Shown in pieces: positions 19,864 to 28,974 of a stretch of DNA of 64,000 nt. The position numbers and the translations under genes were made by a program. The notes below the pieces were generated by a model. The model was not told where the DNA came from. It did no database searches and saw nothing but the letters and a program-made list of their open reading frames with translations. The stretch comes from Polyangiaceae bacterium (GTDB taxonomy: Bacteria > Myxococcota_A > Polyangia > Polyangiales > Polyangiaceae), in NCBI GenBank assembly GCA_044376115.1, contig JBILLK010000011.1:192001-256000 (forward strand), read 5' to 3'. The first letter of the stretch is position 1. The number at the start of each line of letters is the position of its first letter.

Positions 19864-20204
19864 ATGACGTGCCTAGTGAGGTTGCCGCCTGGAGATCCCA
19901 GCTCCGTAAGGGGACGCTCGAGCTCGCGGTGCTCGTGTCGCTCCGCAAGCGTCGGCGCTACGGGCTCGAGCTGGTTGACGTGCTCAACAAGGCGCAGCTC
20001 GGTATCAGTGAAGGCAGCATCTACCCGCTGCTCTCACGCTTGCGCAGTGAAGGAAAGGTCGTGACCGAATGGGTGGATGAGGGCGTTGGGCACGCGCACA
20101 AGTACTACACCCTCACAAGCCACGGGCGCGCCACGCTCAAGGCGATGTTGGCTGCGTGGCGAGAATTCAACGCCGCTTTTGAGTCGTTGATTGAAGGGAA
20201 CTAG
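19857..20204 (+). CDS. PadR family transcriptional regulator
   Basis: QLRKGTLELAVL, YGLEL, EGSIYPLLSRL, KYYTLT. Confidence 0.95.
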   Translation: MQDDVPSEVAAWRSQLRKGTLELAVLVSLRKRRRYGLELVDVLNKAQLGISEGSIYPLLSRLRSEGKVVTEWVDEGVGHAHKYYTLTSHGRATLKAMLAAWREFNAAFESLIEGN

Positions 20205-20209
20205 GTCTC

Positions 20210-20770
20210 ATGGCGCTACCGGAACAAGCGGAACAATTTCTCAAAGAGCTGCGTCGAGGGCTGGGCTCGATGGCAGCGGATGAACGCGAAGACGTCGTTG
20301 AAGAGTTGCGCTCGCACCTGCTGGAGCGGCAAGCGCAGGGCAAGAAGGAGCTGCTTGCAGGCTTTGAGTCGGCGCAGGATTTGGCGGCGAGCTTTGTCGC
20401 GGAACGCGCCTTGCGCGGGGCCTTGGCCGTGGGCACCCCATGGGCCTTGGGTCGCGCGCTCTTGATCGCTGCCCGCGACAGCCTGCTCGCCCTTTTGGTG
20501 GCCTTCCCGCTGCTGCTTGCGCAGCTGGTCGCATTTTTCTGCGTGCTCACGGCTGCGCTGAAGGCCTTCTCACCGTCCGAGTTCGGTCTCTGGATCGGAA
20601 ATGGTTCCTTCTACGTCGGGCGACGCTCCGAGCTTGCTCACGAGGTCCTCGGGAGCTGGGGCATCCCGGTCCTTCTGCTCGCTGGGCTGCTAATTTTCTG
20701 GGGCTCCACGCGCGCGTTGCGAGCGCTCGTAACGTGGCGCCTTGGCTCCTATCGGTCGCTGCGAAGCTGA
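20210..20770 (+). CDS. HAAS/DUF1700-like membrane protein
   Basis: FLKELRRGL...EREDVVEELRSHL followed by TM helices; typical PadR partner. Confidence 0.8.
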   Translation: MALPEQAEQFLKELRRGLGSMAADEREDVVEELRSHLLERQAQGKKELLAGFESAQDLAASFVAERALRGALAVGTPWALGRALLIAARDSLLALLVAFPLLLAQLVAFFCVLTAALKAFSPSEFGLWIGNGSFYVGRRSELAHEVLGSWGIPVLLLAGLLIFWGSTRALRALVTWRLGSYRSLRS

Positions 20771-20792
20771 CCTCTTTTTTTGAGTAAAGACC

Positions 20793-21710
20793 ATGCATAA
20801 CAAGACAACGTGTTACGACAATGTTCCGGCTCGTGAGCTGGTTCGGTTCCTGCTCCTCGCGGTTCTCGTGGGGACGCTGACCCAACGAATCGCTGTTTAC
20901 CAAGGCCTTTCGGGCGGTGGTCGATCATGGCTCCTCTTGACCATGTGGGTACCCACGCTCGCTGCGCTCTTGGCAGGGCCGCGCGCGCGGCGAACGATCT
21001 GGGCAGCCGTGAAGCGCCCTGGCTTTCGCTATTTGGGCCCAGCTCTCGTGATCGGATTCGCGCCGCGCCTTCTGCAGACGTTGGTGCTGCTGCTAACGGG
21101 CTGGGGCAGCTGGGACTCGACGCACTTCGAGCTCACGCCGGACGGTCAATCGATCCTGGCCGTTCACAAAGTCGCGATGGTGCTTGGGACGGGGCCGCAG
21201 AGTGTGCCGCATTTTGCGCTCAACCTCTTGGTGTCGATCACGCTGGCAGCGGTCGTAACCGCTGTGGTGGGGGGAGTTGGCGAGGAGATCGGTTGGCGGG
21301 GATTTCTGCAGCCGGCGCTCGAGACCCGCGTGGGGCCAACGAAGGCGACACTGCTCGTGGGCGCGATCTGGGCCTACTGGCACTTGGGCGCCAACCTGAG
21401 CGGCTACAACGACCCGCAGCACCCGCTGCTCAACGCGCTGGTGCTCTTTCCCGTTGCGGTGGTGATGATGAGCTTCGGCTTTGCTTGGCTCGCTCGCAAG
21501 GGCCTCAGCGTTTGGCCGGTTGCGCTCGCCCACGGTGCCAACAACGTACTCGGAAGCGCCTTTCTGCTCACCACCGACAATTGGTGGATCAACGCCTCGC
21601 TGGAGGTTGGCTCGATGGCGTTATTGGCCGGTTTCTTCGTGTGGCATTCGAGGGGGGCGCGAAGCAGCGACGAGGCGAACTCGCTCGTCGCAGTTCAGTC
21701 CTCCGGCTGA
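20793..21710 (+). CDS. CPBP (Abi/CAAX) family intramembrane glutamic protease
   Basis: GEEIGWRG, WAYWH, AHGANN motifs. Confidence 0.92.
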   Translation: MHNKTTCYDNVPARELVRFLLLAVLVGTLTQRIAVYQGLSGGGRSWLLLTMWVPTLAALLAGPRARRTIWAAVKRPGFRYLGPALVIGFAPRLLQTLVLLLTGWGSWDSTHFELTPDGQSILAVHKVAMVLGTGPQSVPHFALNLLVSITLAAVVTAVVGGVGEEIGWRGFLQPALETRVGPTKATLLVGAIWAYWHLGANLSGYNDPQHPLLNALVLFPVAVVMMSFGFAWLARKGLSVWPVALAHGANNVLGSAFLLTTDNWWINASLEVGSMALLAGFFVWHSRGARSSDEANSLVAVQSSG

Positions 21711-21750
21711 AGGCCTCGCGGCCACCCTCGGGTCGAATCTCAACCTTGGA

Positions 21751-22470
21751 TCAGCCTTGCTCAGCGGCGATCCGGCGCGCCTTCTCGACGTCCTCGCGAA
21801 AGTCGATCTCGGTCCACTGGAACTCACTGACCGGCTCGAATCCCCACGGCTCTTCGGCGAAGCAAAGGTTCATCGCCGCCTCGTACTCTTGGTCGAGGCG
21901 CCCTGCAGCGACTTCGCCATCGAGGATGCGCTTCATCGTCAAGGCACCTTGGCGGCCCACCTTGGCGAAGCCGACGGCCTCGCCAACCTGATCCCACGGA
22001 GCCTCGGGTGACACACGCCGTGCGACGCGGAGCACGCGTCCGCCGCGCACCCCGAGCATCATCTCCTCGCCGGTCTCCTCGGAGCTGTCGTCGAGCAAAA
22101 CGCAGTTGGCGTGCTTGGAGTCCACCAGGCGCTTCATCAGCGCTGCGGGGTAAAGTACGTCCGCATCCATCCAGATCCCGCCAGCGACGGTGAGCTGTTC
22201 GATCGCGACGGCGAGCGAGACGATGCTTCCGCGTACGAAGTCCTTGTTTTCGACGAACTCGATCGGGAGCGGCCAGCTGCGAGCCGCGATGAACCCGCGG
22301 ATTTGTTGCTGTTCATAGCCGACGACGATGGTCAGCGCGCTAATGCCGGCCTGCGCCAGGTTCTCGATGTGGCGCTCGAGCAGGGTCTTCCCCGCGATGT
22401 CGAGCAGGCACTTCGGCGCGTCACTCTCGAGACGCCGGCCTCGGCCGGCTGCTAGCAAGATGGCTCTCAT
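21751..22470 (-). CDS. Phosphocholine cytidylyltransferase-like nucleotidyltransferase
   Basis: AILLAAGRGRRL, PKCLL, DADVL, WTEIDF. Confidence 0.88.
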   Translation of the reverse strand: MRAILLAAGRGRRLESDAPKCLLDIAGKTLLERHIENLAQAGISALTIVVGYEQQQIRGFIAARSWPLPIEFVENKDFVRGSIVSLAVAIEQLTVAGGIWMDADVLYPAALMKRLVDSKHANCVLLDDSSEETGEEMMLGVRGGRVLRVARRVSPEAPWDQVGEAVGFAKVGRQGALTMKRILDGEVAAGRLDQEYEAAMNLCFAEEPWGFEPVSEFQWTEIDFREDVEKARRIAAEQG

Positions 22471-22573
22471 GAGCCGCGCTTAATGCCGCGCGGTCCCGTC
22501 TGCAAGGGAGGTAAGGGTCGCGGTCCGCGCGGTGCCGCGACGGCCGCTGCCGTCGCGGGCCCAGTGCCCCTCC

Positions 22574-22888
22574 TCAGCCGGGTTGATCGTCTTCGACGAT
22601 GCCGATGCAGCCAAACACAGCGAGCGCTTCAGCGAAGCACGCGGCTTCAATCTCGTCTTGGCTGCACACGTTGTCGACGCCGTCGACGCAGGAGAGGTAG
22701 TCGTCGTACTCCGATGTGCAGCCTGCCTTCTCCGCATCGGTCGTGCCCTGATCGAGCGCCGCCACGCACTCGGCCTGGGTAGTGTCCGCATCTGCGCACT
22801 CAGCCAAACGCGAACAGAGGTCCTCGGTGGAGACCGAGCCGCAAGCCGAAAGAATAAGCATTAGGGAAAGGAAACAAAGCTTCTTCAT
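22574..22888 (-). CDS. Small acidic Cys-rich lipoprotein
   Basis: MKK...LSAC lipobox; 8 further Cys with CX5C and CX9C spacing. Confidence 0.75.
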   Translation of the reverse strand: MKKLCFLSLMLILSACGSVSTEDLCSRLAECADADTTQAECVAALDQGTTDAEKAGCTSEYDDYLSCVDGVDNVCSQDEIEAACFAEALAVFGCIGIVEDDQPG

Positions 22889-22975
22889 GATCTCGCCTGT
22901 ACGCTGAAAAGGTAAGGGTCTTCCCGCGTCCAGGAGTAGCCCTGGACGAGGAATCGTTTCCTCGGCTCGATGAAC

Positions 22976-24460
22976 TCAGCCGAGCACGTTGAGGGACTTG
23001 CGGCCGTCGCTCCTGCGCTCGCTGAATACAGAAAGCGGGTTGGCGATACCGGGGTTGCCGACCGAGGTCGGGACAACCAAGCCAGCGGAAGCCGCGTGGC
23101 GCGGTGCACCGGAGCCTGCGAAGGCGGATGCCACGTCCACCCCGCTGCGGAAGCGCTGCATCCCGCCGGCGATCTTGTGATGCGCGAGCCGGTTCTGCAT
23201 GAAGTTGAGCGGCCAATATCCGATTGTTTGCAACCAGCTGGAGCCCGGGGTTTCAGCGCCGCGCGCTCGGACGGTGTAGGGCTGCCACATGCTCGAATAG
23301 GAGTAGAACTTGGTCCACGCACGCACCCAGCCTTCACGCAGCGTCTCGCGTGACATGCGCTTCGGCAGGAAGTACGGCGAGCCAGCGTCGTGGTCTGTGC
23401 CCAGCCACCAATACGGATCGGTGAGGCGGCCCTCAGCGAGCAAACGCTTGTAAAGCGCTGTTCCGGGGTAGGGCGTGAGGATGGCGTAGAGCGCCATGGT
23501 GAGCTTCATCTCGATGCCGAACTCCACCGTGCGATCGAATACTTCGGGAGAGTCGGTGTCGAAGCCGAACACGAAGCTGCCCCACGTTGCAATGCCGTGC
23601 TCGTGCAGCATCTCCATCGTCTCTTTGTATTGCGATGGCTTGTTTTGCCGCTTCCCGGTGAACTTCACCGTCTCTTCATCCACGCTCTCAAAGCCGATGA
23701 AGAGCGCCTTGCAACCACTCTCAGCCATCAACTTCACATTCTCGAGACGCTTCACGGCAGCGAGCGAGCACTGGCCAACCCAATGCTTGTTGAGCTCGCC
23801 CATCTTGGAGAAGAGCTCCTTCGAGTATTGGCGGTGCACCATCACGTTGTCATCGGCGAAGAGGATCAGCTTGCCCAAGGTCTTGAGCTCAGCAATCACT
23901 TCGTCCGCTGGGCGGAAGCGGAACGTGGGCCCATTGGCCGTTGAAACACTGCAGAACTCACAAGGGTAGGGGCAGCCCCGCATGGTCTGGACGACCTGGA
24001 AGGGCACATACTTCTTCGACCGGAACAGGTCTCGTCGCGGGAAGGGCCGCCCAGCGAGATTCGGAAACTCGGGCCTGTACGCTGCCTTCATCCCACCTTG
24101 TTTGAAGTCCCGCAAAAGCTCGGGCCAGGCGTCTTCTGCCTCGCCGACGACAATCGCGTCGCAGTGGCGGAGCGCTTCCTCCGGGCAAGCGGTGGGGTGG
24201 ATGCCGCCCATCACGACCTTGATGCCACGCGCCCGATAGCGCTCGGCGATGTCGTAGGAACGACGCGCGGTTTTGCTATCCACGCTGATCCCAACCAAGT
24301 CGACGTCTTTGACGTCCTTGTCCAGGTCGAACACTTTCACGAGATCGTCGGTGTAGATGATCTCGTCTTCCGGAGGCGTCAGCGAGGCGAGCACGCCGAG
24401 CCCCATTCGCGGTAGATAAGCTGAATCCTAGCTGGCCGGGGCGATGAGCTCGATCTGCAT
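22976..24460 (-). CDS. B12-binding domain radical SAM protein (in-frame TAG at codon 11 if started at 24460; open from ATG 24406)
   Basis: GGIHPT, VGEAE, RGCPYPCEFC (CxxxCxxC), FIGFES, LTPYPGT; upstream MQIELIAPAS*DSAYLPR is in frame. Confidence 0.88.
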
Positions 24461-24519
24461 GAGCCTCGACCTTACCAAAAGCCTAAGGGACCTGCTACGC
24501 GGCGCAGCTTTCCGCCGGC

Positions 24520-25344
24520 CTAGCCTGCGTGCGCTGGCTTTAGCTTGTCGCTGAAGAAGGCGAGAATTTCGTCGACTGCGGCGCGGGTGGGCTCACCCGC
24601 CTTGTCGATCAGGTGAGCCGTCACGACGGAATGTGGGTTGGCCATCACGGCAGCAGGATTTGCGGCAGAGTCCGGTAGCGTGCGAAGCGTGATGCGGTCC
24701 CCCAGCGCACGCTGGTAGTCGTCGAAGCGCTCTTTGCGGCAGAACGCATCTCCCTCGAAGCGGTAGCCGAGCGCTTTGAGGTCTTCCTTCTCCATCCGCT
24801 GTTTGATCGCTGCAAGGTCCTCGGGGCTCGAGTGCACGCCCCCGCTGCGACCGATCGGAAGTGACGGTTGGCACAAGACAGGAGCGATCACGCTCGGCTC
24901 GAGCATCATCGAGAGCGCGAAATTGCCGGTGAAGCACATGCCGATCGCCCCAACTCCGTTGCCTCCGCAGCGCGGGTGAACGTCCGCGGCGAGAGCTCGC
25001 AGCCAGAGGGTGAGCGGCGCTGTGACATTGGTTCGTAAGGCGTGAAACTCCTTGGAGACACAGCCTTTGACCATCTGCGGTAGCGCGTAGAGCGTGGTGG
25101 GAGCTCGCCCCGGGTCCCCAAAAAGGTTGGGCATGTAGACGGTGAAGCCGGCGTCGCGCACGAACCGTGCGAAGCGCGCGACCTCGGGCGAGATGCAGGG
25201 CATCTCGGTCATCACGATCACAGCCGGCCCCGCCCCCGCGATGAACACCAGCTTGGTCTCACCGAGAAACGTGAGGTCCTTGCGCTCAAAGTCGGTGAGC
25301 GGGTCCCGCTCTTTGCGCCACGCTTCCATCTCGGGGCGCGGCAT
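24520..25344 (-). CDS. Dienelactone hydrolase family protein
   Basis: GAIGMCFTG nucleophile elbow, HSV catalytic His region; TGATG overlap with dedA-like gene. Confidence 0.9.
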   Translation of the reverse strand: MPRPEMEAWRKERDPLTDFERKDLTFLGETKLVFIAGAGPAVIVMTEMPCISPEVARFARFVRDAGFTVYMPNLFGDPGRAPTTLYALPQMVKGCVSKEFHALRTNVTAPLTLWLRALAADVHPRCGGNGVGAIGMCFTGNFALSMMLEPSVIAPVLCQPSLPIGRSGGVHSSPEDLAAIKQRMEKEDLKALGYRFEGDAFCRKERFDDYQRALGDRITLRTLPDSAANPAAVMANPHSVVTAHLIDKAGEPTRAAVDEILAFFSDKLKPAHAG

Positions 25345-26030
25345 CAGCTCTCCCCGCTGGCCGTACCAGCCTTGGCCGCCTCGGCTTTGGCCTCCGCGCG
25401 CGCCTTCCACCATTCGAACACCATCGGCATCACGCTCAATCCGATGATGCCAAGCACGACCAGCTCGAAGTTCTTCTTCACGATCTCCATCTGACCGAAG
25501 ACCATGCCGGCACCCATCATCGACACCACCCAGGCGATGGCGCCGACAATGTTGAAGAGGATGAAGCGGCTGTAGTTCATGGCGCCGGCGCCAGCGACGA
25601 ACGGCGCGAAGGTGCGGACGATTGGCACGAAGCGAGCCAGGATGATGGTCTTGCCACCGTACTTCTCGAAGAACTTGTGGGTCTTCTCCAAGTGCTTCTT
25701 GTTCAGCCAGCGCGACGTTTCACTCTTCATCACGCGCGGGCCAATCGCTTGCCCAACGTGATAGTTGAGCGTGTCCCCGGCGATGGCGCAGACGATGAGC
25801 AACGGGCCGAGCGCCCACGGGTTGAGCCCCGCCCCGGGGCGCATCGAAATGGCGCCGCACGCGAAGAGCAGCGAATCTCCTGGGAGAAACGGCAGCACGA
25901 CCAAGCCTGTTTCACAGAAAATGATGGCCCCGAGGATTGCGTACGTGGTGGTGCCGTAGTCCCTGGTGACCTGGTCCAGCGTCTTATCCAGGTGACGCAC
26001 CATGTCGATTAGTTCGCCGAAAGTCGCCAT
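25344..26030 (-). CDS. DedA/VTT family membrane protein
   Basis: FCETGLVVLPFLPGDSLLF, ARFVPIVRTFAPFVAG. Confidence 0.95.
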   Translation of the reverse strand: MATFGELIDMVRHLDKTLDQVTRDYGTTTYAILGAIIFCETGLVVLPFLPGDSLLFACGAISMRPGAGLNPWALGPLLIVCAIAGDTLNYHVGQAIGPRVMKSETSRWLNKKHLEKTHKFFEKYGGKTIILARFVPIVRTFAPFVAGAGAMNYSRFILFNIVGAIAWVVSMMGAGMVFGQMEIVKKNFELVVLGIIGLSVMPMVFEWWKARAEAKAEAAKAGTASGES

Positions 26031-26056
26031 CGCGCTTGCCTTAATCGAGCCTTCGC

Positions 26057-28327
26057 TCAGTGGCCAGCGTTGACGGCGCTTGGCCCGAGGGTTTCCGCGA
26101 GCTTTCGCGTGACGAGCTCAAATGCGTAGCGCCGCGCGTCGGTTGAGCGATAGCCGTGGCGTTCACCGGGATAGACGAACATCTCGAACGGCTTCTGCGC
26201 CTTGACGAGCGCATCCACGAGATCGGCCGTGTTTTGGAAATGCACGTTCTCGTCCATGAGCGCGTGAACGATCAGCAGCTTGCCCCGGAGCTTGTCCACA
26301 TTGGCCGCTAGCGTCGCTCGCTGATAGCCCGCTTCGTTCTCCTGGGGGGTTCCCATGTAGCGTTCGGTGTAGGCCGTGTCGTACAGGCGCCAGTCCGTGA
26401 CTGGAGAGCCCGCGATGCCGATGGTGAACGGTGAGCCTTCGCGAAGCAACGCATGCGCCGCGAGGAACCCGCCATAGGAGTGGCCGTAGATCGCGACGCG
26501 CTGCGGGTCGATCGGGTGCGTGCCGAGCACCTGCTCGAGCGCAGCGAACTGGTCCGCGAGCTCGACCTCCCCGAGTTTGCGATCGATCGCTTGCTCGAAA
26601 GCTGGTCCGCGGCCGCTCGAGCCGCGGTTGTCCACTTGCATGACGAAGAACCCGCGGTCGGCCAGGTGTTGCCAATGCAAGCGCGGCGACCAGCGATCCA
26701 TGACCGTCTGCACTCCCGGCCCGCCGTACACCATCACCACCAGGGGATACTTCTTTCCGGGCTCGATGGTGCGTGGCGCGAGCAGGGTTCCGTGCAGGAT
26801 CGGCAGCCCGGGACGATCGACGACGAACGGCTCGAAGGTGCGCAGCGCCAGTTCAGCAATGGCGGGATCTACAGGTATCTCGATCGGAAGAACCCGTTCG
26901 CCAACCCGCAACTCTGCCGACGGCGGTTGGGTTCGCGAGGAGTGCACGAGGGCCAAGTTCGCACCGGACTTGGAGAACACCGCGACGTTGGTTCCCGTGC
27001 CTTTGGACAGTCGCTTGCTTACTCCCGTCCGCCCATCCACCTCGAACACGGGGCGACCGATCGGCTCGCCTTCGGTTGAGGTGATGTAGACCTTGGCGTC
27101 GATCGACGATGTCCCGAGCAACTCGGTCACGTCGAAGTCGCCCCGGGTGAGTTGCGCGGGGACGGCTTTGCCGTTGGGGTCGAGCGCAAACAGGTGATCG
27201 TGTCCACCCTGTTCATCGACCGTGAAAATTTGCTTCGCGTCGCTGGACACCGCGAGATCCGCGAGCGGCAACCACCCGGCAGTGACCTCGCGGCTGTGGA
27301 TGGTACGTACCTCGATCTTCGGATTGAGATCGACGCGCAGAATTTGCCGTTTACGTTGCGAACGGGAGAGCGCCGAAAGCACGAACGATTGGGCGTCAAG
27401 GAACTGCAACCGGCCCAAGTAGCGTTCGCCTTCGGGCAAGGGGATCTTGGAACTCCGTTTGGTGGCGAGGTCGACGACGTGCAGCGAGACCTTCGGGTTG
27501 GCTTTGCCCGTCTCGGGGTACTTCTGTAGCTGCAGGCTCGGTTTGCCTTTGCGATGCCCGAGGACCGGCACTTCGGCGACTTCGCGCTCGTCTACCTCGA
27601 GGTAGACCAGCTTCTTGCAGTCCGGCGAAAAGAAGTGCCCCGAAGGTTCGTCGAACTCTTCTTGCGCGTTGAAGTCCGACTGTCCGCGCGTCACACCCGC
27701 CGGTGCTCCGCTGGTTAGTAAAGTTTCTCGCTTGCTTGCGACGTCGAGCAGCGCAAGTTCGCTTCCGACCGCATAGGCGACCTTGGAACCGTCCGCGCAG
27801 AGCTTTGGGTCGATCGCTTCAGCGCCGCCCTCCCGAAGAGCCGTGGTCTCGCCGTTCGTGTTGGCGAGGTAGAGCTCGCCCCCGAGTGGCACCAAAAGAA
27901 CATCCTTCTTGGCCGCCCATTGGTACTGCGTGATGCCCTTGATCCGTTTTCGTTGGCGCTCGTCGCGCAGCTCTTGGGCCAGGCTTTTCTCTCTGGGCCC
28001 CTGAAGTTGGGAGGCTCGCAGCAGCACCTGGCGCTGCCCCGTACTCAGGTCCACGCTGAAGAGCGACATCTCATCGCTGCCGGACTCACTGAAGAGATAA
28101 GTAAAGCGCGTTTCGTCGGGAGAGAAGGCCATGCTGCGAGGGATCTGCCAACCCGGCTCGGGGAACTTCGCCATCTCAGCGAAGCCAACTTTGGACGCTT
28201 CCACCGGAAGGAGCGGTGCTTGTTCGTCGGCAACTACGGCCGCCGGTGATGGGCAAGCGGGGGGCGGCGCAGACGGAATCGTGCTGCAAGAGGCCAACAA
28301 GAGCAGTGACGCGCAGAGCATTCGCAT
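26057..28327 (-). CDS. S9B family dipeptidyl peptidase IV-like lipoprotein
   Basis: VYGGPG, DNRGS, GHSYGG, DWRLYDTAYTERYMG, DENVH, YPGERH. Confidence 0.95.
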   Translation of the reverse strand: MRMLCASLLLLASCSTIPSAPPPACPSPAAVVADEQAPLLPVEASKVGFAEMAKFPEPGWQIPRSMAFSPDETRFTYLFSESGSDEMSLFSVDLSTGQRQVLLRASQLQGPREKSLAQELRDERQRKRIKGITQYQWAAKKDVLLVPLGGELYLANTNGETTALREGGAEAIDPKLCADGSKVAYAVGSELALLDVASKRETLLTSGAPAGVTRGQSDFNAQEEFDEPSGHFFSPDCKKLVYLEVDEREVAEVPVLGHRKGKPSLQLQKYPETGKANPKVSLHVVDLATKRSSKIPLPEGERYLGRLQFLDAQSFVLSALSRSQRKRQILRVDLNPKIEVRTIHSREVTAGWLPLADLAVSSDAKQIFTVDEQGGHDHLFALDPNGKAVPAQLTRGDFDVTELLGTSSIDAKVYITSTEGEPIGRPVFEVDGRTGVSKRLSKGTGTNVAVFSKSGANLALVHSSRTQPPSAELRVGERVLPIEIPVDPAIAELALRTFEPFVVDRPGLPILHGTLLAPRTIEPGKKYPLVVMVYGGPGVQTVMDRWSPRLHWQHLADRGFFVMQVDNRGSSGRGPAFEQAIDRKLGEVELADQFAALEQVLGTHPIDPQRVAIYGHSYGGFLAAHALLREGSPFTIGIAGSPVTDWRLYDTAYTERYMGTPQENEAGYQRATLAANVDKLRGKLLIVHALMDENVHFQNTADLVDALVKAQKPFEMFVYPGERHGYRSTDARRYAFELVTRKLAETLGPSAVNAGH

Positions 28328-28415
28328 GGCGCCGCGGAGCATCCAACGAGCGCGGCCGAAACACCAGCGCAAGCCGCGCTTGTAGAACGGCACGTAGCTC
28401 AGCATCATCTTGGGG

Positions 28416-28835
28416 ATGGCCGAGCGTTCGATACACGGAGTCAACCACCTCGCGGTGCTCGTAAGCGATCTGCAACGAGCGGAGGCTTTCTACCTTGAAC
28501 TCCTGCAGCTCCCCTTGCTTCGACGCCACTTCGAACCCGATGGGCGCCATCGCTCGACCTGGGTCGCGCTCGACGCAACCGTCTTTCTCGCGCTGGAGCT
28601 GCTTCCCGACGCAGCGGAGGTGACAGCGGCGCGTACGGGGCATCACTGTGTTGCGCTTGCCATCGCGCGGGAGGACCGCATGCCCTGGCGCCAACGTCTC
28701 GAGGCTTCGGGCGTCGTGATTGAGCGAGAGACCGACTACACCTTCTACTTCCGCGATCCTGACGGTACGTTGCTGGCGCTTTCGCACTTTCCCGTGCCAC
28801 ACACGGCTCCACCTGCGGTGGAATCGCGCGGGTGA
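28416..28835 (+). CDS. VOC/glyoxalase family protein
   Basis: VNHLAVLVSDLQRAEAFY, YFRDPDG. Confidence 0.88.
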   Translation: MAERSIHGVNHLAVLVSDLQRAEAFYLELLQLPLLRRHFEPDGRHRSTWVALDATVFLALELLPDAAEVTAARTGHHCVALAIAREDRMPWRQRLEASGVVIERETDYTFYFRDPDGTLLALSHFPVPHTAPPAVESRG

Positions 28836-28974
28836 ACACGCGCACGTCCAGTGGGGACACAGCGCCGTCCTGCGGTTAGGTACGAGTTGCTTACGTGGGT
28901 TCGCTCTCTTGCGATTGCGCCAGGCCGTATGTTTTCGTTACGGTGCCGAGTCACCAAGCTTTTTCCGAGGAAGA

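Noticed and set aside
20793..21710. CPBP protease as a myxosortase
   Set aside because: Generic GEEIGWRG-type CPBP in a PadR context; no MYXO-CTERM substrate recognised in the window
24428..24430. Pyrrolysine at the amber codon
   Set aside because: No pyl genes in the window, TAG ends several other genes, and the position is a non-catalytic loop
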